Notes: a model not told the origin generated them from the letters alone. Numbered from the whole stretch's first letter, positions 35,421 to 47,700 are shown. The stretch is 63,890 nucleotides of DNA, filler included, from Hausera hauseri (GCA_046269625.1; 11 parts of 11 records of this genome joined end to end with filler, not necessarily neighbours in it), one strand, 5' to 3'. Numbers and translations: made by a program.

Positions 35421-36969
35421 GAAGACGAATTAAGAAATGACAAACAGAAGTTTGTACGGGCCATCAATTATAAAAGAAGTAATAAAACTCCAAAATATGA
35501 GGTATTTAAAGGTCTCCGTCTATTGATGGTTATAGTGATACCATGTTTACTAGCTTATACAACAAAACCACCTGATCCATGGATGAGAACATTTCCTTCA
35601 AATGAAACGCTGGAAAATAGTCTGATGAAAAGTATTTATCTTGAGATAACTTATACAAGAAAATGTCAAACTTTTATAAGATTCACGATATTTGACAGGC
35701 TACCCAACCAGTATATGATAGGAATTCAAGCAATTCATTAGCACGATTACAAACGAAGTCCGAAACAACGAAAATATGACTGCGGTCTCACTTATTGGAG
35801 AAATACTACGAATTGTATAGTAGATGAATCTGGCAATTATCTCATGTACTATACATTGATCAAGAGACAGAAGAATAGTTATCAATGGCAGTATACAAAG
35901 TGCCGAGGTATCATACAAGTTCCTAATAGACGGACGAAGAATGCAACCAAATTAGACAAAATGATAATAACCCAACTCACCGTTAAGTCCATGGGACTTA
36001 AAAGCGGATGAAGTTGTATTGAAATTAGAACAATTATAAAGTTGGAAGAAAACAGAGTAATAAGCGTAAAACTTACGGACGTACAAAAGAAACAAAGAAC
36101 GTCAACAAAATGCCAGTTGACCCACAGGCACTCTCGAGTCTGCTGTAAGGCCTTACAAGGAGGAAACTGATTTACAATTTATATTAGCATGAAAAGATCC
36201 AGAGAGCGTTAAGACTCTAATTCACCAAGGGCCCAGAGTACATGTTCCTATCAAAAATGCTATTAAATATGACGACGACCAGCAATCAAGTGTCGCGACA
36301 CCTTGCAGATCCTCCACTAGTTAATAAAATAAAGACAAATGTTGGAAAAATGACCACGTCGTACCTTATCGTCACAAACGTTCTGTCTTGGAAAAGGTCA
36401 CAGTATCTTCCACACTTACTTCCTTAGTCGTAGCTATTCAACCCGATTTAAACTTCTATAAAATTAAACTTATCTGTAAGTTAGGTCAAAAGATAATAGT
36501 GAAAGGCATAATCACGCCAGATGATACAATAGTGCCGTGCGCCGGCCTAAGTCCAAATACAAAATATACCGTTACACTGCAACTATACGGCGACAATAAC
36601 ACAATGATTGTTACTAAGTCGCTGACAGCCTCGACGAAAAGTAGAACGCACCAAAAAGTAGAAAATAAAAAAATGAGTACAAGCTTAAATATAAAACCAC
36701 TACCGAAAGCAAGTTATACTTATTCCCGAGTAGAATTAATAATAATATTGACTGTATGCCCCATAATATTAGTGATTGTGTTAGTAATCATAAGAATAAT
36801 TATTTACCTACGAAAACGTCCCAGATCAAATTTGATTTGGATCGATATGCAACCCATATCGAACATACTAGACAGACAACCCCAGTTGACGGTTATTTGT
36901 AGGGATTGCTGTATATGCAACCCCAGACGCAGAGATAACCCACTGTTATCTGGTTACCTCCCTATATAA
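35412..36969 (+). pseudogene. Env-position type I membrane protein remnant (signal-like segment, FN3-like domain, TM); starts in frame with integrase
   Basis: GLRLLMVIVIPCLLAY hydrophobic segment. FN3-like VTVSSTLTSLVVAI...FYKIKL...GLSPNTKYTVTLQLY (about 36390-36640). TM LIIILTVCPIILVIVLVIIRIIIYL followed by RKRPR. Confidence 0.65.
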
Positions 36970-37076
36970 ACTTTATCAGAATAGAACCACAACGATTACC
37001 AAAGTGAGGTGTATGATAACCGTTGTGTTGTGTTTAAGTACCATTTTTACAAATACATTGACTATTTCATTTCTAG

Positions 37077-38323
37077 TATCCGCATCGACGCTACATCAAA
37101 TTTAATCGGTCACCAGATCCAAGCATTGGTATAGCAATGCAAAGAATCATCTTATCAACGCGAATTCAAATAATCAGTATCATGTGATTCATAACGAATA
37201 TACCATCAGCCTGAATTACCCACAGACACAACAGATTCAAAATAACCTTAAATGTTACAGTATGGCAAACAGATCACTAGCCCTACTACAAATAACTAAA
37301 CCAAACCCATTTTATATTACTGACATTATCTTCCTCCCAGATCACTTTCATTCAATAAATGTCTATTGTATATCTGGGCAATTCCATATTAAAACTACCG
37401 ATACAAAAACATTGATAAAAGGAGACTTAATCAATATGGACCCAGAACACGGTCTAGCATTTGATTTCACTTTTATCAAAAGCATCACGTTAAAAAATCG
37501 ATCTCTCACGAGTCGAATAATGTTTGCCTTTAAGGTAATAAAGAAATAAAAATTTCTACCCAGCTTACCAGAAGGAAAGTGCTTCAATCTTTCAGAACCG
37601 GAATACATCAAATATAAAATGATCCCATACAGAAGAATTGAAAAAGTTTCTAATGAAGATTTGATCACAGCCGCCGTGAACTTAGCGTATGACCAGTGGG
37701 ACCAATTGCAACCAATTGAAGTCTCAATAATAACTCTCAACGTAAATACCCTTTTTATGGTACCATTACCCCGAGGCAAAGAATTAACAACTTTGATACA
37801 CATTTAACGGGCCTCGCTGAAATAAACATTAACAACCAAATCGATTCTATGGATTTCCACCGGAAAGTAACTAAAGTAATTACAGATAAGATAGTCATTG
37901 GAGTCGACGTAATGGAAATGATAATCAATCATTTCAAATGCCCTATCAGGCGGATCGCCGGAGTTCACGATATATTATATCACGAAGAGGTGATCCGCAA
38001 ATACCAATTAACTACGAGTACACATAAAGAACTTGCTCGGAAATTCTGATACCAAAGGATTTCTCCTTGGTAGTACTGCTCTGATGCAGTGTTATCAATC
38101 GATCTGCCACAAGTTAAAATGGAATGACGAATTCATCACACAAAGCACGGCCTCTGACAGTGTGCGAACAGCACCAACAGCATCATTGTGCGGCAGAAAA
38201 CGCAAGTTCCACGTAGATGAAACGGTGGTCATAGATGACAAAATTTACGAACCAGAATCCATACTGTATAAATCAAGATCCTCCGATAAATTGATTCTCA
38301 TGCGCCTGTCGCTCGATCAATAA
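37077..38323 (+). pseudogene. ORF4 remnant: unknown domain plus REX4/ISG20-like DEDDh exonuclease fold
   Basis: IHNE...IQNNLKC...NRSL is shared with 46573-47319. Across one frameshift: AAVNLAYDQ...IEVSIITLNVNTLFYGTITPRQRINNFDTHLTGL...VITDKIVIGVDV. Acceptor-like TTGACTATTTCATTTCTAG ends at 37076. Confidence 0.6.
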
Positions 38324-38786
38324 ATTCGGAACAATTTCTCTAAACCCCCGGCGAGTTTGGTAGTCGGTTTGTTAGTCCATTTGAGACTATTCAATATAAC
38401 AATATACGTCGCCAGCAATATATGTCTCCTACAATATAACAATATGTCGCCAGTGTCATTATGATTTTTTGACTATTGCGATTCCTCATTACGATCTTTG
38501 TAGCCATCATGATTTTTTAATGACTATTTTAATGTCGCCCATGCATGTCGTTTATTTTATTCATGATAGGTGGGATATTTCATTGTCTATGTTAATATTT
38601 TATGCTTAGGTGGCTATTAGTTGATTGCATGACGAGAACTTAAACTACTATATAAAGTAGTAGTATTTTGAAAATGGTTAGTTTTCNNNNNNNNNNNNNN
38701 NNNNNNNNNNNNNNNNNNNNNNNNNNNNNNTTAATTAATTAANNNNNNNNNNNNNNNNNNNNNNNNNNNNNNNNNNNNNNNNNNNN

Positions 38787-39110
38787 TTTGAAAACTCGAA
38801 AATCCAATATTATTGATTTTTGCACACTTGCACATGTGCTGCACACTTGCACTGTGCACCAATTGATGCGCCTTGATGTGCTATATCGATTAGCACTTTG
38901 TCCCGATCGATTCGATCAATAGTGCACTGTGCAGCGATCGATAAGTGAAAAGTTTAAAAGTGTCCTTAGCAACGGTGCCTAGCGGCACCGTTGTTAGGCA
39001 CTTTATGGATCGCTAGTGCACATTGTGCACTATCGATCGTCACATGTTCAACGTCGAGTCATCGATTACCCCCCCCCCCGGTGGGACCAAAAGCACATTT
39101 CCTCCCTACT
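38787..39110. mobile_element. MITE-like family, copy 2
   Basis: Collinear with about 195-510, with the same CAACGGTGCC/GGCACCGTTG hairpin (38970-38993). Confidence 0.7.
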
Positions 39111-40035
39111 TCTATGCCTCATACAGTTTCACATCCTGGAAAAATATAACATTGGATCCGGTTGAATGTGGGTCCGTAGTAGCGCTGCATTGTAGCATGG
39201 TAGTTCTGCGGATTGTGTGCTGTGCCTGTGCAATGCACATAGGAACTGCAGTTTTAAATTTGTTGTGGAGCGTTTCGTGTCATCAGCATATTCTTATTGA
39301 ATAACTCTTTATTCGACTTGGCAAAGGAAGTCAGATGTTCTTTATGAACACTGTATAATTCCTCATAACTGGTTCTGCACACTACCTTACATGAAAGACA
39401 TACGTAGTATTTAGGCCTGTTGTAGTGGTAATTAAAATACTTTTGCATCATTTTGTGGCAATTCTGCGTGTCCTGAATCTGTGCTACACAGACTGTATAA
39501 TTTGCAATTCTAGAAATAGCACAATTTTTTGTTGAGCACAATTAAAAACCTCACCATTCTTGGAAGTAATTTCTGAAATAATGAAAAATATAACCATGTC
39601 AAACCGCACTATCTATGTTTATGGATTTTTTTTATTGAATTTTAATTTTTTGATTTTTAAATTGAATTTTATTGATTTTCGAATATTCCAGAACAAATTG
39701 CTTTAATGCATCAAATACATGAACTTGCCATCAAATTTAAAATTTTATGAAGGTTTTCATATATGGGGAATCTGAAGAACTGGTCAAATTCTTCGAATAA
39801 TTTACTATTGACCGAGTTTTCGAGTTCGAATATCTAAGTATTTTATTCCGAAACTTGTTTTCGAATATCTGACATCATAGTCTGATTCTTCATATATTGT
39901 TTCCTATTTGTCTACGCTTAAAGATTTTTCGAATTCTGCATCATTTGGCATAAAATATGCATTTTGCTTAATTCGTTTTATTGATTTTATAACTATATAG
40001 TTTATTTTCATGGAATAATTTTAATGGTTATAGAG

Positions 40036-40240
40036 ATTTTCGATCAATTGTGCACTGTGCAGCGATCGATAAGTGAAAAGTGCAAAAGTGCCCTTAGCAA
40101 CGGTGCCTAGCGGCACCGTTGCCAGGCACGTCATGGATCCATAGAGCACAGTGTGCACTATCGATCGGCACATGTGCGAAATCGATTTATCGATTACCGC
40201 CCCTCCGGGATGGGCTGGAACCGCCATTTTTCCACTACTT
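40036..40240. mobile_element. MITE-like family, copy 3 (partial)
   Basis: Same hairpin (40097-40122) and terminus GGAACCGCCATTTTTCCACTACT. Confidence 0.7.
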
Positions 40241-40719
40241 ATATACAATTGATTTTCTTGCTCTCTAATAATGAATTGCATGCATAATTTTTTATATATA
40301 CTACATTGAATTGTTATATTGATGTTTTTTTAGATTCATATATTTGGATTTGTGATACAAACTCTTATTTCTCTTGTCATTGGCTTCACTAACTACCATA
40401 ATTTCATGTAGGCATTCTATCGTCGGTCATGCTATGGACTTTTGCAAAGATATTCCTTTTTGTTCAGATATTTTCAAAGCTTACCTTTACCATCAAAGAA
40501 ATGACAATACGCTAGTAGTATATTACGCACGGCTCAGGTTACTAAGTAAACAAACGAATAGACTGGTGCAGCGTCACAAGCGCACATAGTTCGTAACACG
40601 TTACGCCTCACCCCAGCATATTACTGGCTCCATTTTGTAAGCAAAGTGGAGAAACATGATTCACACACGCATGTAGCGTGTAACGCGTCACGTTTCACCC
40701 ATATATCTGTTTGAGGTAA

Positions 40720-41995
40720 TAGTACTGTCACATTTAAAGGATCCAAATGAGTTATTTTGACTTTCATTTTCAAAATGTTTGTACATTGTGGGCAGATTTG
40801 AACAAATGCGAAATACTGTTACATTTAAAGGCTCCAAATGCGTTCTTTTGACTTTCTTGTCTAAAATTTGTTCTCATTAGAAGGTAGAAGTGTCATCTCC
40901 ACCGCGCGTCCCTGATTGATCCGTCGATCGGTTTTCCCCACCTGATTGGCTATTCTGAACATTTCATTAAAAATTTCGGATAACCTCCCCTCTCTGGCCA
41001 AGAAAGAGGTCGAGAAATGGACTTTGGACCAAGAGATATCGATAGCGCGTGTCGAGCTGAGCAAAAGTTAATAGCGGTGTGGTTTTGATAAATGTAAGGG
41101 ATAGGCACTAGAAACGGAAGAAGCAAAATGGAAAATGGGCCACGCGTAATGAGAAACGTGCTGCTAGCACTGAAAAAATGTATACAAAGGATAAATCGAT
41201 GTTGGCGAATCCAATGAATACGGTTGCAACCCAACCAGACCATGGGAACATCAGGAAAAATCGATGGGTAAAAATTTCCCATTATTCAAGTCTGCTGGCT
41301 GTGGAAATGGATTGAGCACGTAGCCCATCAGTAATCGAGCATTTCATATTATAGCCGCCTCACGATCAGACGAAAGGATTCAGGTGAAAATGGCAACCGA
41401 ACGAACAAACGAACTGAAAAAACGCATTGCTAAAAGTCTAAGTCAAAATCATATTTGTAAAAGTCTAAGTCAAAATCATGTAGTAGGTTGAAGTGAGCTT
41501 TCAACCCCATTTCCCAAAAGTGCTCAGATCGACCTCGGACCAAGTTTTCCCCCACCTATCTCACAATACTGAGCATTTCATGTTTTGTGGCCGGAGACCC
41601 CCACCCCGCAGGAAGCACATGTCACATCTGGAACATATCGCCGATGGAAATCGGTTGAGTTCGATGAGTGGAGCAAAATTTTCTGGCGCAGCGAGAGTCG
41701 AAAATTTTACTGGGCGGTGCTAGAAGCAAAATAATCAAAGCAGGAAATGTTTTATGAGAAACGAGACACGAGTTACGAATTGCGCAATGTTTGGTGCAAA
41801 TGTTAAAACGATGTAGGGGAAAACTTGATAGAAAAATTTCAAACGGTAAAAATTTCCCATTGTTCAAGTCTGCTGGCTGTGGAAATGGGTTGAGCACGTA
41901 GCCCATCGGTAATTAAGCATTTCGTACTATAGCCGCCTCACGATCAGACCAATGGATCGGGGTGAAAAATGCAACGAAAACGAACAAAGAGAAGC
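40720..41995. repeat. Diverged ~580-bp tandem duplication within a repeat also seen at 48655-49804
   Basis: 41267-41410 matches 41845-41990 (GGTAAAAATTTCCCATT.TTCAAGTCTGCTGGCTGTGGAAATGG.TTGAGCACGTAGCCCATC...). The motif GTCACATTTAAA...TTATTTT.ACTT is shared with contig 48655-54422. Confidence 0.75.
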
Positions 41996-42221
41996 ATCGT
42001 TAAAAAGTCAACATCTCGTTGTAAATGCGTTCGCTCTTTTGTTCGCTTTTTGTAAGAGTCGTTTGTGAATTTTATTTTGTACGACGACGACGAGCTCATA
42101 ATTGTGTACTACAATTATTACTACTCACAAGGAGAATGATTTTCACATATCATATTATTATTTCTCAAGATCTGTTCGCTCTTTGGTACACAAAACAACA
42201 GCAATAAAATAACACACTATT

Positions 42222-42590
42222 TCACAAAAGTGACTGTAATGTAAGCCACAATAAGTAGTAATGTCCACACAGTATAGTCATTGAATGTTGATAATGAACT
42301 CGATTATATTCAACACGGTATGATGATGATGATTACCGTTCAATTTGAGAAACTAAGGATGACGGATAGTAAAATCCGCGCTTATCGAATAGTATGACGA
42401 CTTTGGTCGGATGGTGGACGTACACAGCAATACCATGTTCGCCCGTCAACGATGAAGTATGTGTATTGACAATAAAGCCGCCGGTTTGTCGTAAATCACA
42501 CGGCGCATGGTCCAGTGGAAACACGCCACAAAATTTCATGCCCAAGAGCCGTTTTCCGTAGTGACTGAGCTCAGTGGAGCTAAATGTGAA
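42222..42590 (-). pseudogene. Polinton/Maverick adenain-like cysteine protease remnant
   Basis: FCGVFPLD...FIVNTH...GEH.IAV...LFDKRG...YNRVHYQHSMTILCGHY shows the His, Asp and Gln-x5-Cys pattern of adenovirus-type proteases. One internal stop. Confidence 0.8.
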
Positions 42591-42669
42591 TTAAGTATAA
42601 TAGTAATATTAGTAATAAATTAATGCATAGTACGATGAAGAAGAAAAGGTGAGACACACCGGATTTTAT

Positions 42670-42779
42670 TTATACAATGACAGTTCCGTTTTTCGTTATT
42701 TTAACCTCGGCATCAAATACACCGTAAATGTACATCACGGTAGATTGCTCCAACGCTTTAGCAAAGTGAACCTCCAGTC
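42670..42779 (-). pseudogene. Polinton/Maverick major capsid protein C-terminus (cut by the contig end)
   Basis: LEVHFAKALEQSTVMYIYGVFDAEVKITKNGTVIV* matches the MCP terminal pattern and lies directly upstream of the protease. Confidence 0.7.
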
Positions 42780-42879
42780 NNNNNNNNNNNNNNNNNNNNN
42801 NNNNNNNNNNNNNNNNNNNNNNNTTAATTAATTAANNNNNNNNNNNNNNNNNNNNNNNNNNNNNNNNNNNNNNNNNNNN

Positions 42880-44970
42880 AAGCAGAATTGAAATTAAATC
42901 CGAAGAAATGTAAATGGGGTCAAAACGCCGTATTCTACCTTGGCCATGTAATAGGAAAAGGTGGATCAAAACCAGATAAATCACTACAGAACAAGATATC
43001 AAATTGCACGGAGCCGAAAAATCAGAAAGAGTTAAGACACTGGCTAGGGTTATGTAGATAATACGCCACATATGTGCCAGATAATTCGGAGATAAATTCA
43101 CCCTTATATCGCTTTCTTAAGAAAGGAATTAAATGGGGATGGGCAGACGTCGAATAGAAAGCTTTCGACGAAATGAAGAAGATATTAACAAGTGAACCAA
43201 TTTTACAATACCCGAACTTCCACTTATCCTTTATAATCAAGATAGATGCCAGTAATGAAGGTATTGGATATGAATTAGCGCAGAAAAGAGAAGATGAAGA
43301 ATTAGAACACCCAATTGCTTATGAAGGACGTTCCTTTAAGAAGGCCGAGAAAAATTATTCCGTTGCTGAATTAGAAACTGTATCAGTAAAAGAAGAGCTT
43401 CGAGACTTCAACGTTTACGTGTACGGGCAGAAAATTATATTTGTCACTATCATGAAATCGTCCCGATTTAAGAAAACGAGCAAACAATCCGACATGCAGA
43501 CTTAACAAATGGATCGAAGAAATCACAATATCGAATTCCAGTATAAGCCAGGAAATAAACATGTAGATGCCTACGCACTATGAAGACTAAAGACCAGAAC
43601 AAGTGCAATCACTGTAATGATGAAAAATCAGCTTGAAGAAATAATAGATCGCCAAAGCACCTTAACGTTGGATAAAGCCATTAAATCCTCAATCGAACAA
43701 AGAAAGGATAGAATCATCTAGCAGATTATAGAATTTGCCGAGAAAAACCTAATACAAAAAGGACGACAATTAAAAAAACATTTACTCAGACACGGATATA
43801 AATACTGTGTCTTTAATGACCACAACAGTGGAGACATTTTGTATTACGAACGAAAAGAAAGAAAATTAATAGTCATCTCAAATAACTTACACTCCGAGGT
43901 TTTAATGGCGGAACACGACTCATATTTAGCAGGGCACATGTCGTAGAAAAAGGCGCTGGAAAGAATATTAAATAAATACTTTTGACCCAGTATCTATATT
44001 AATGTGAAGAATTGGGTAAATGCTTGTGAAGTATGTGCGACCAAACAAAAGAAGACAAAGAACTACATGGCTGAATTAAAACCAGTCAATGTACCTGATA
44101 GACCGATGCAAACTTTGTCGGTGGATATTGTAGGACCTCTTCCTATGACCAACAAAAACAATAAATATATCTTAACTTGTATTGATCGACTAACTCATTT
44201 TGTCGAGTCAATAGCGCTAGCTGATCAGAAGGCAGAAACTTTGGCCAAAGCTGCAGTAAGAAGAATCATTTGCCGATATGAATCCCAGACCAAATATTAA
44301 CAGATCGAGAAAGAAATTTTACAAGTGAACTATTCGAGTAGATTACCAAAATATTCGAAATCGAACGGTTTGCTACTACCGCGTATCACCCTCAGTGCAA
44401 TGGAATGGTTGAACGAATAAATGCAACTGTCATACGCATTCTACAAACAGTAGTAGGTAAGCGCCAAAACGATTGGGACGAATTTTTAAAAGGACCTCAA
44501 TTTGCAATTAATGCCACCCCACATCCGGCAACAGGATTTACTTCATTTTTATGATGCATGGAGGTGAAGCTGTGTTACCCAAAGACTTAGGAATGGCGCC
44601 ATACGCAGTCAATCCCGAAGATTTAAAACAAAACTTCGCGGAAGTATTACAGGCGCGGTTAGAAAAATGTTGGAAAATCTCCAGAGAGTTATCTCAAGAA
44701 TATCAAGAACAGTTCAAAAAGCAATATGGTAAGAAAGCGAAACCGCATGATCTAGAACGTGGAAATAGGTTTCATGTACATTATTTAGTAGCCGCGAAAG
44801 GCACGTCATTAAAACTGACACGTACAAGAAGAGGACCATACGAAGTTACTAGAGTTATGCCAACTACAGTGTATATCAACAAGAATGGAAAGGAAGAGGC
44901 CGTATCAGTACAAAGAGTTGTTAAGACGGAGATACGGCCCAATAAACATTATAATTTACGACAACGCGAG
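42880..44970 (+). pseudogene. pol: Decayed Gypsy RT-end/RNase H/integrase (element H)
   Basis: FIIKIDASNEGIG, VDIVGPLP, AYHPQCNGMVER, RGPYEV and HYNLRQR. Confidence 0.92.
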
Positions 44971-46383
44971 ATAAAAACTTCCTCAATAATTGTTAGACCG
45001 ATATCATACATTAAGACAGTTTTAGCACTATCATTAATTGCTTCTTCCATCCCAAGAACATAAACCCAATGGTGGGACGATAAAATTACGCTCGGAGATG
45101 TATACGGAATTCGGAAGAGCGGATTAAAACCGAAAACCGCCGTTACAGAAAGGAAGCCGACGGCCGAAGAGATCAAAGGCAAGAAGACACTGCCTTGCAG
45201 CAATCGTTGAAGGTTTATTATTTTTCACCGGATGCTGTGTGTGTGAAATTTAAAACTTGGATACCGCATCACAAATTCGGAAGATTTCAGATGGTACTAA
45301 ATGATGTAACAACAAAAGGAATGAGAATATGTGACTTTGAACACGGAGATTATACACAGTACTGCGACATAGACTGTGGACACGCCCAATCCTTACGTAT
45401 CGACTGTATTTACCAGACTCATCAGAAGTCTATCGAAACAAATCTCCAACTTTAGTTATTTATCCCTGCTTGATGCATATAATTTGAAGTACAGCTAGAC
45501 AAAATACTACAATCTACCAACCCAAACATGAGACTATTACATAAAAATATTAATAAGATCTCAGTAAATAAAGAAAAACAATGCATCCAACTGGATGCTC
45601 GAACAGGATTAACTTTAGTTCAGTAAATTAGTATTGTTTTTGAAGCAGTAGATGGAAGAACTACGAAAATAAAATACTGTTCTGTTCATGCTGGTGTGCA
45701 ACATCCGTGGTGTAGGCTGCCAATATACCAAGAATTCAAAATAAGGATTAACTTATATGAAGTACAGACGAATAAATTGAGCAAACACTTGCGAACTTAT
45801 TACCCAGAAAATAGAATATGGAAGATTTCAATAGAAACGACAACCAAAAGGGCGACCACTCAAGTTAATACCATTACGAAAACCGTTGCATCAAGCAGAA
45901 TGCCTAAAGGAGAATTAGAATGTATACCTGTTATATATTCGCACATCGATTTAGGATTCTGTTCTTTGTAGAAGAAAAACTAAACTACCACATACTAAGA
46001 ACAACGTATAATAATCAAACTGTAACACTACTTAAAAATACTTACCAGACAGAAAGCAATTTATTAAATCCACAATCCAATTACATAGTACGAATATATG
46101 CCAAACAATTACATTGAGAACACTAGATGAAATTCGTGCAGAATCGCATATACACGAAAACATAAACGATGAAATCACGACTCCAGTCACCACACAAGCA
46201 CCAATAGGATTAACCACATTTCCAATCGTATCAATTATTATACAATCAACGTTTGTTCTCATCATATTAATTGCCATTTTCCACTTAGTTGCCAAAAATT
46301 TTTATTCTAAGCGTCCTAAAATTACGGCATGGAAACTAAGGGAATTGGAAAACCCCGTTGATCCGTATAACAGAATAACTTGA
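44970..46383 (+). pseudogene. Env-position membrane protein remnant (signal-like segment, FN3-like domain, Thr-rich stalk, TM); starts in frame with integrase
   Basis: ISYIKTVLALSLIASS, then FN3-like NYHILRTTY...LLNPQSNYIVRIYAK, then TTPVTTQAP, then TM IVSIIIQSTFVLIILIAIFHLVA followed by KNFYSKRPK. Confidence 0.6.
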
Positions 46384-46572
46384 CAATTACAGAGCGGATT
46401 ATTCTGTTATTGGTTCTATTTTGGAAACCATTTATGTTGTAAACTGCCAGTAAACCGGAAATTCAAAATAAAATTTGACTTATATGAAGTGCGTTCTAAC
46501 AAACCTAGTATACAGTTACGAACTTATCCCGAGAATAGAATAAGAGTATTGTTTATTTTTCAGATATGAAAC

Positions 46573-47700
46573 ATGGCCGAACGACGTAGCATCAACGAAC
46601 CAAGTGAAGATATTGTGAATTGCCGACGTAGTATCGAAGAATTCTTTCAGGAGTATGCAACCGTCCTTTTATTGAAGTCTAACTCTATCTATCGAGAAAT
46701 CCACAATGAATTGCATGGGAAAGCGGCTGTAAAATACGATCAAGTCCATATGATTCCGAATAACCTGAAATGCGTCACAGAAGAAAACAGGATCCTCTAT
46801 CTCTATGCCATGAGGGAAGATAGAGATGCCAGAGCATACTCGATTAAACAATTAATAGTTTATGAATCTGCTCGAAGCGTGCACATACATCTAGCAGATG
46901 GCGAACAATATTATCGAATTCGAAATCAAGAATGGAATACAAACAACGGAAGACAATATAGGTTCAGCACCCTCAATTTGCGAAGTGAAGATTTACAACT
47001 GTACGAATTGGAATTCCGAGTAGCCGCTGTTCCTGTCAAAATAATGTTTGAAATGACTTGTGATGAACAATCCCATGCTCCGTTGCCGCCCTTAAAATTT
47101 CAGCCAAAGTCGTCAGAAAAAGAGTTAGAAAATTCTTTATACTCATATAGATTAGTGTCAGATGTCGGAAATGTAAGAATTATAGCTGTCAATTGCGGAG
47201 AAGGGAACGATACGGAGAAAATTCCGATGGAAGTCTCAGTCAGAGAAACAAATGGAATGGAAACGTATCATACAATTATTAGCCCGAGGAAGCGTGTCAG
47301 AGAGACGTATTACGATTAGACCGGAATTCGTAAAGAAACCGTTAGGAACGGAAAAGATGTTAGGATCGTGCGAACAGAATTAGAACATTGTCTTTACGGC
47401 TACATCCTTGTCGGATATCGCGTAGAAGAAGTTATAATCCCATTGGAACTCTCCTATTTGAACCTCGCAGGAATAAGAGAACTCGGTACGCACCCAGTTA
47501 TTGCCGAACGGATAAAGAAATTATTACGGGACAGAGACTATCCCATGACGAAAATCATGGACGCTTATTTCAAACTAGTAATAGATGCCATGAGTGATGG
47601 TCGCTCCAAGGTCAGTAAACTGCTAACAGCGAGCCAACGCACCCAATACCTCCGAGATATTTAAACAGGATTAAAGTGGGAGCACGAATGGGTTCCTAGT
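46573..47700 (+). pseudogene. ORF4: unknown domain plus REX4/ISG20-like DEDDh exonuclease fold; in-frame stops at 47317-47319 and 47662-47664
   Basis: RIIAVNCGEG...MEVSVRETNGMETYHTIISPRKRVRETYYD*TGIRKETVRNGKDVRIVRTELEHCLYGYILVGY aligns with REX4-type ALDCEM...RVSIVN..G..VYD.YVKP...V.DYRT.VSGIR...L..G.....V..EV...L.GRILVGH. Acceptor-like TTTATTTTTCAG ends at 46563. Confidence 0.68.
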
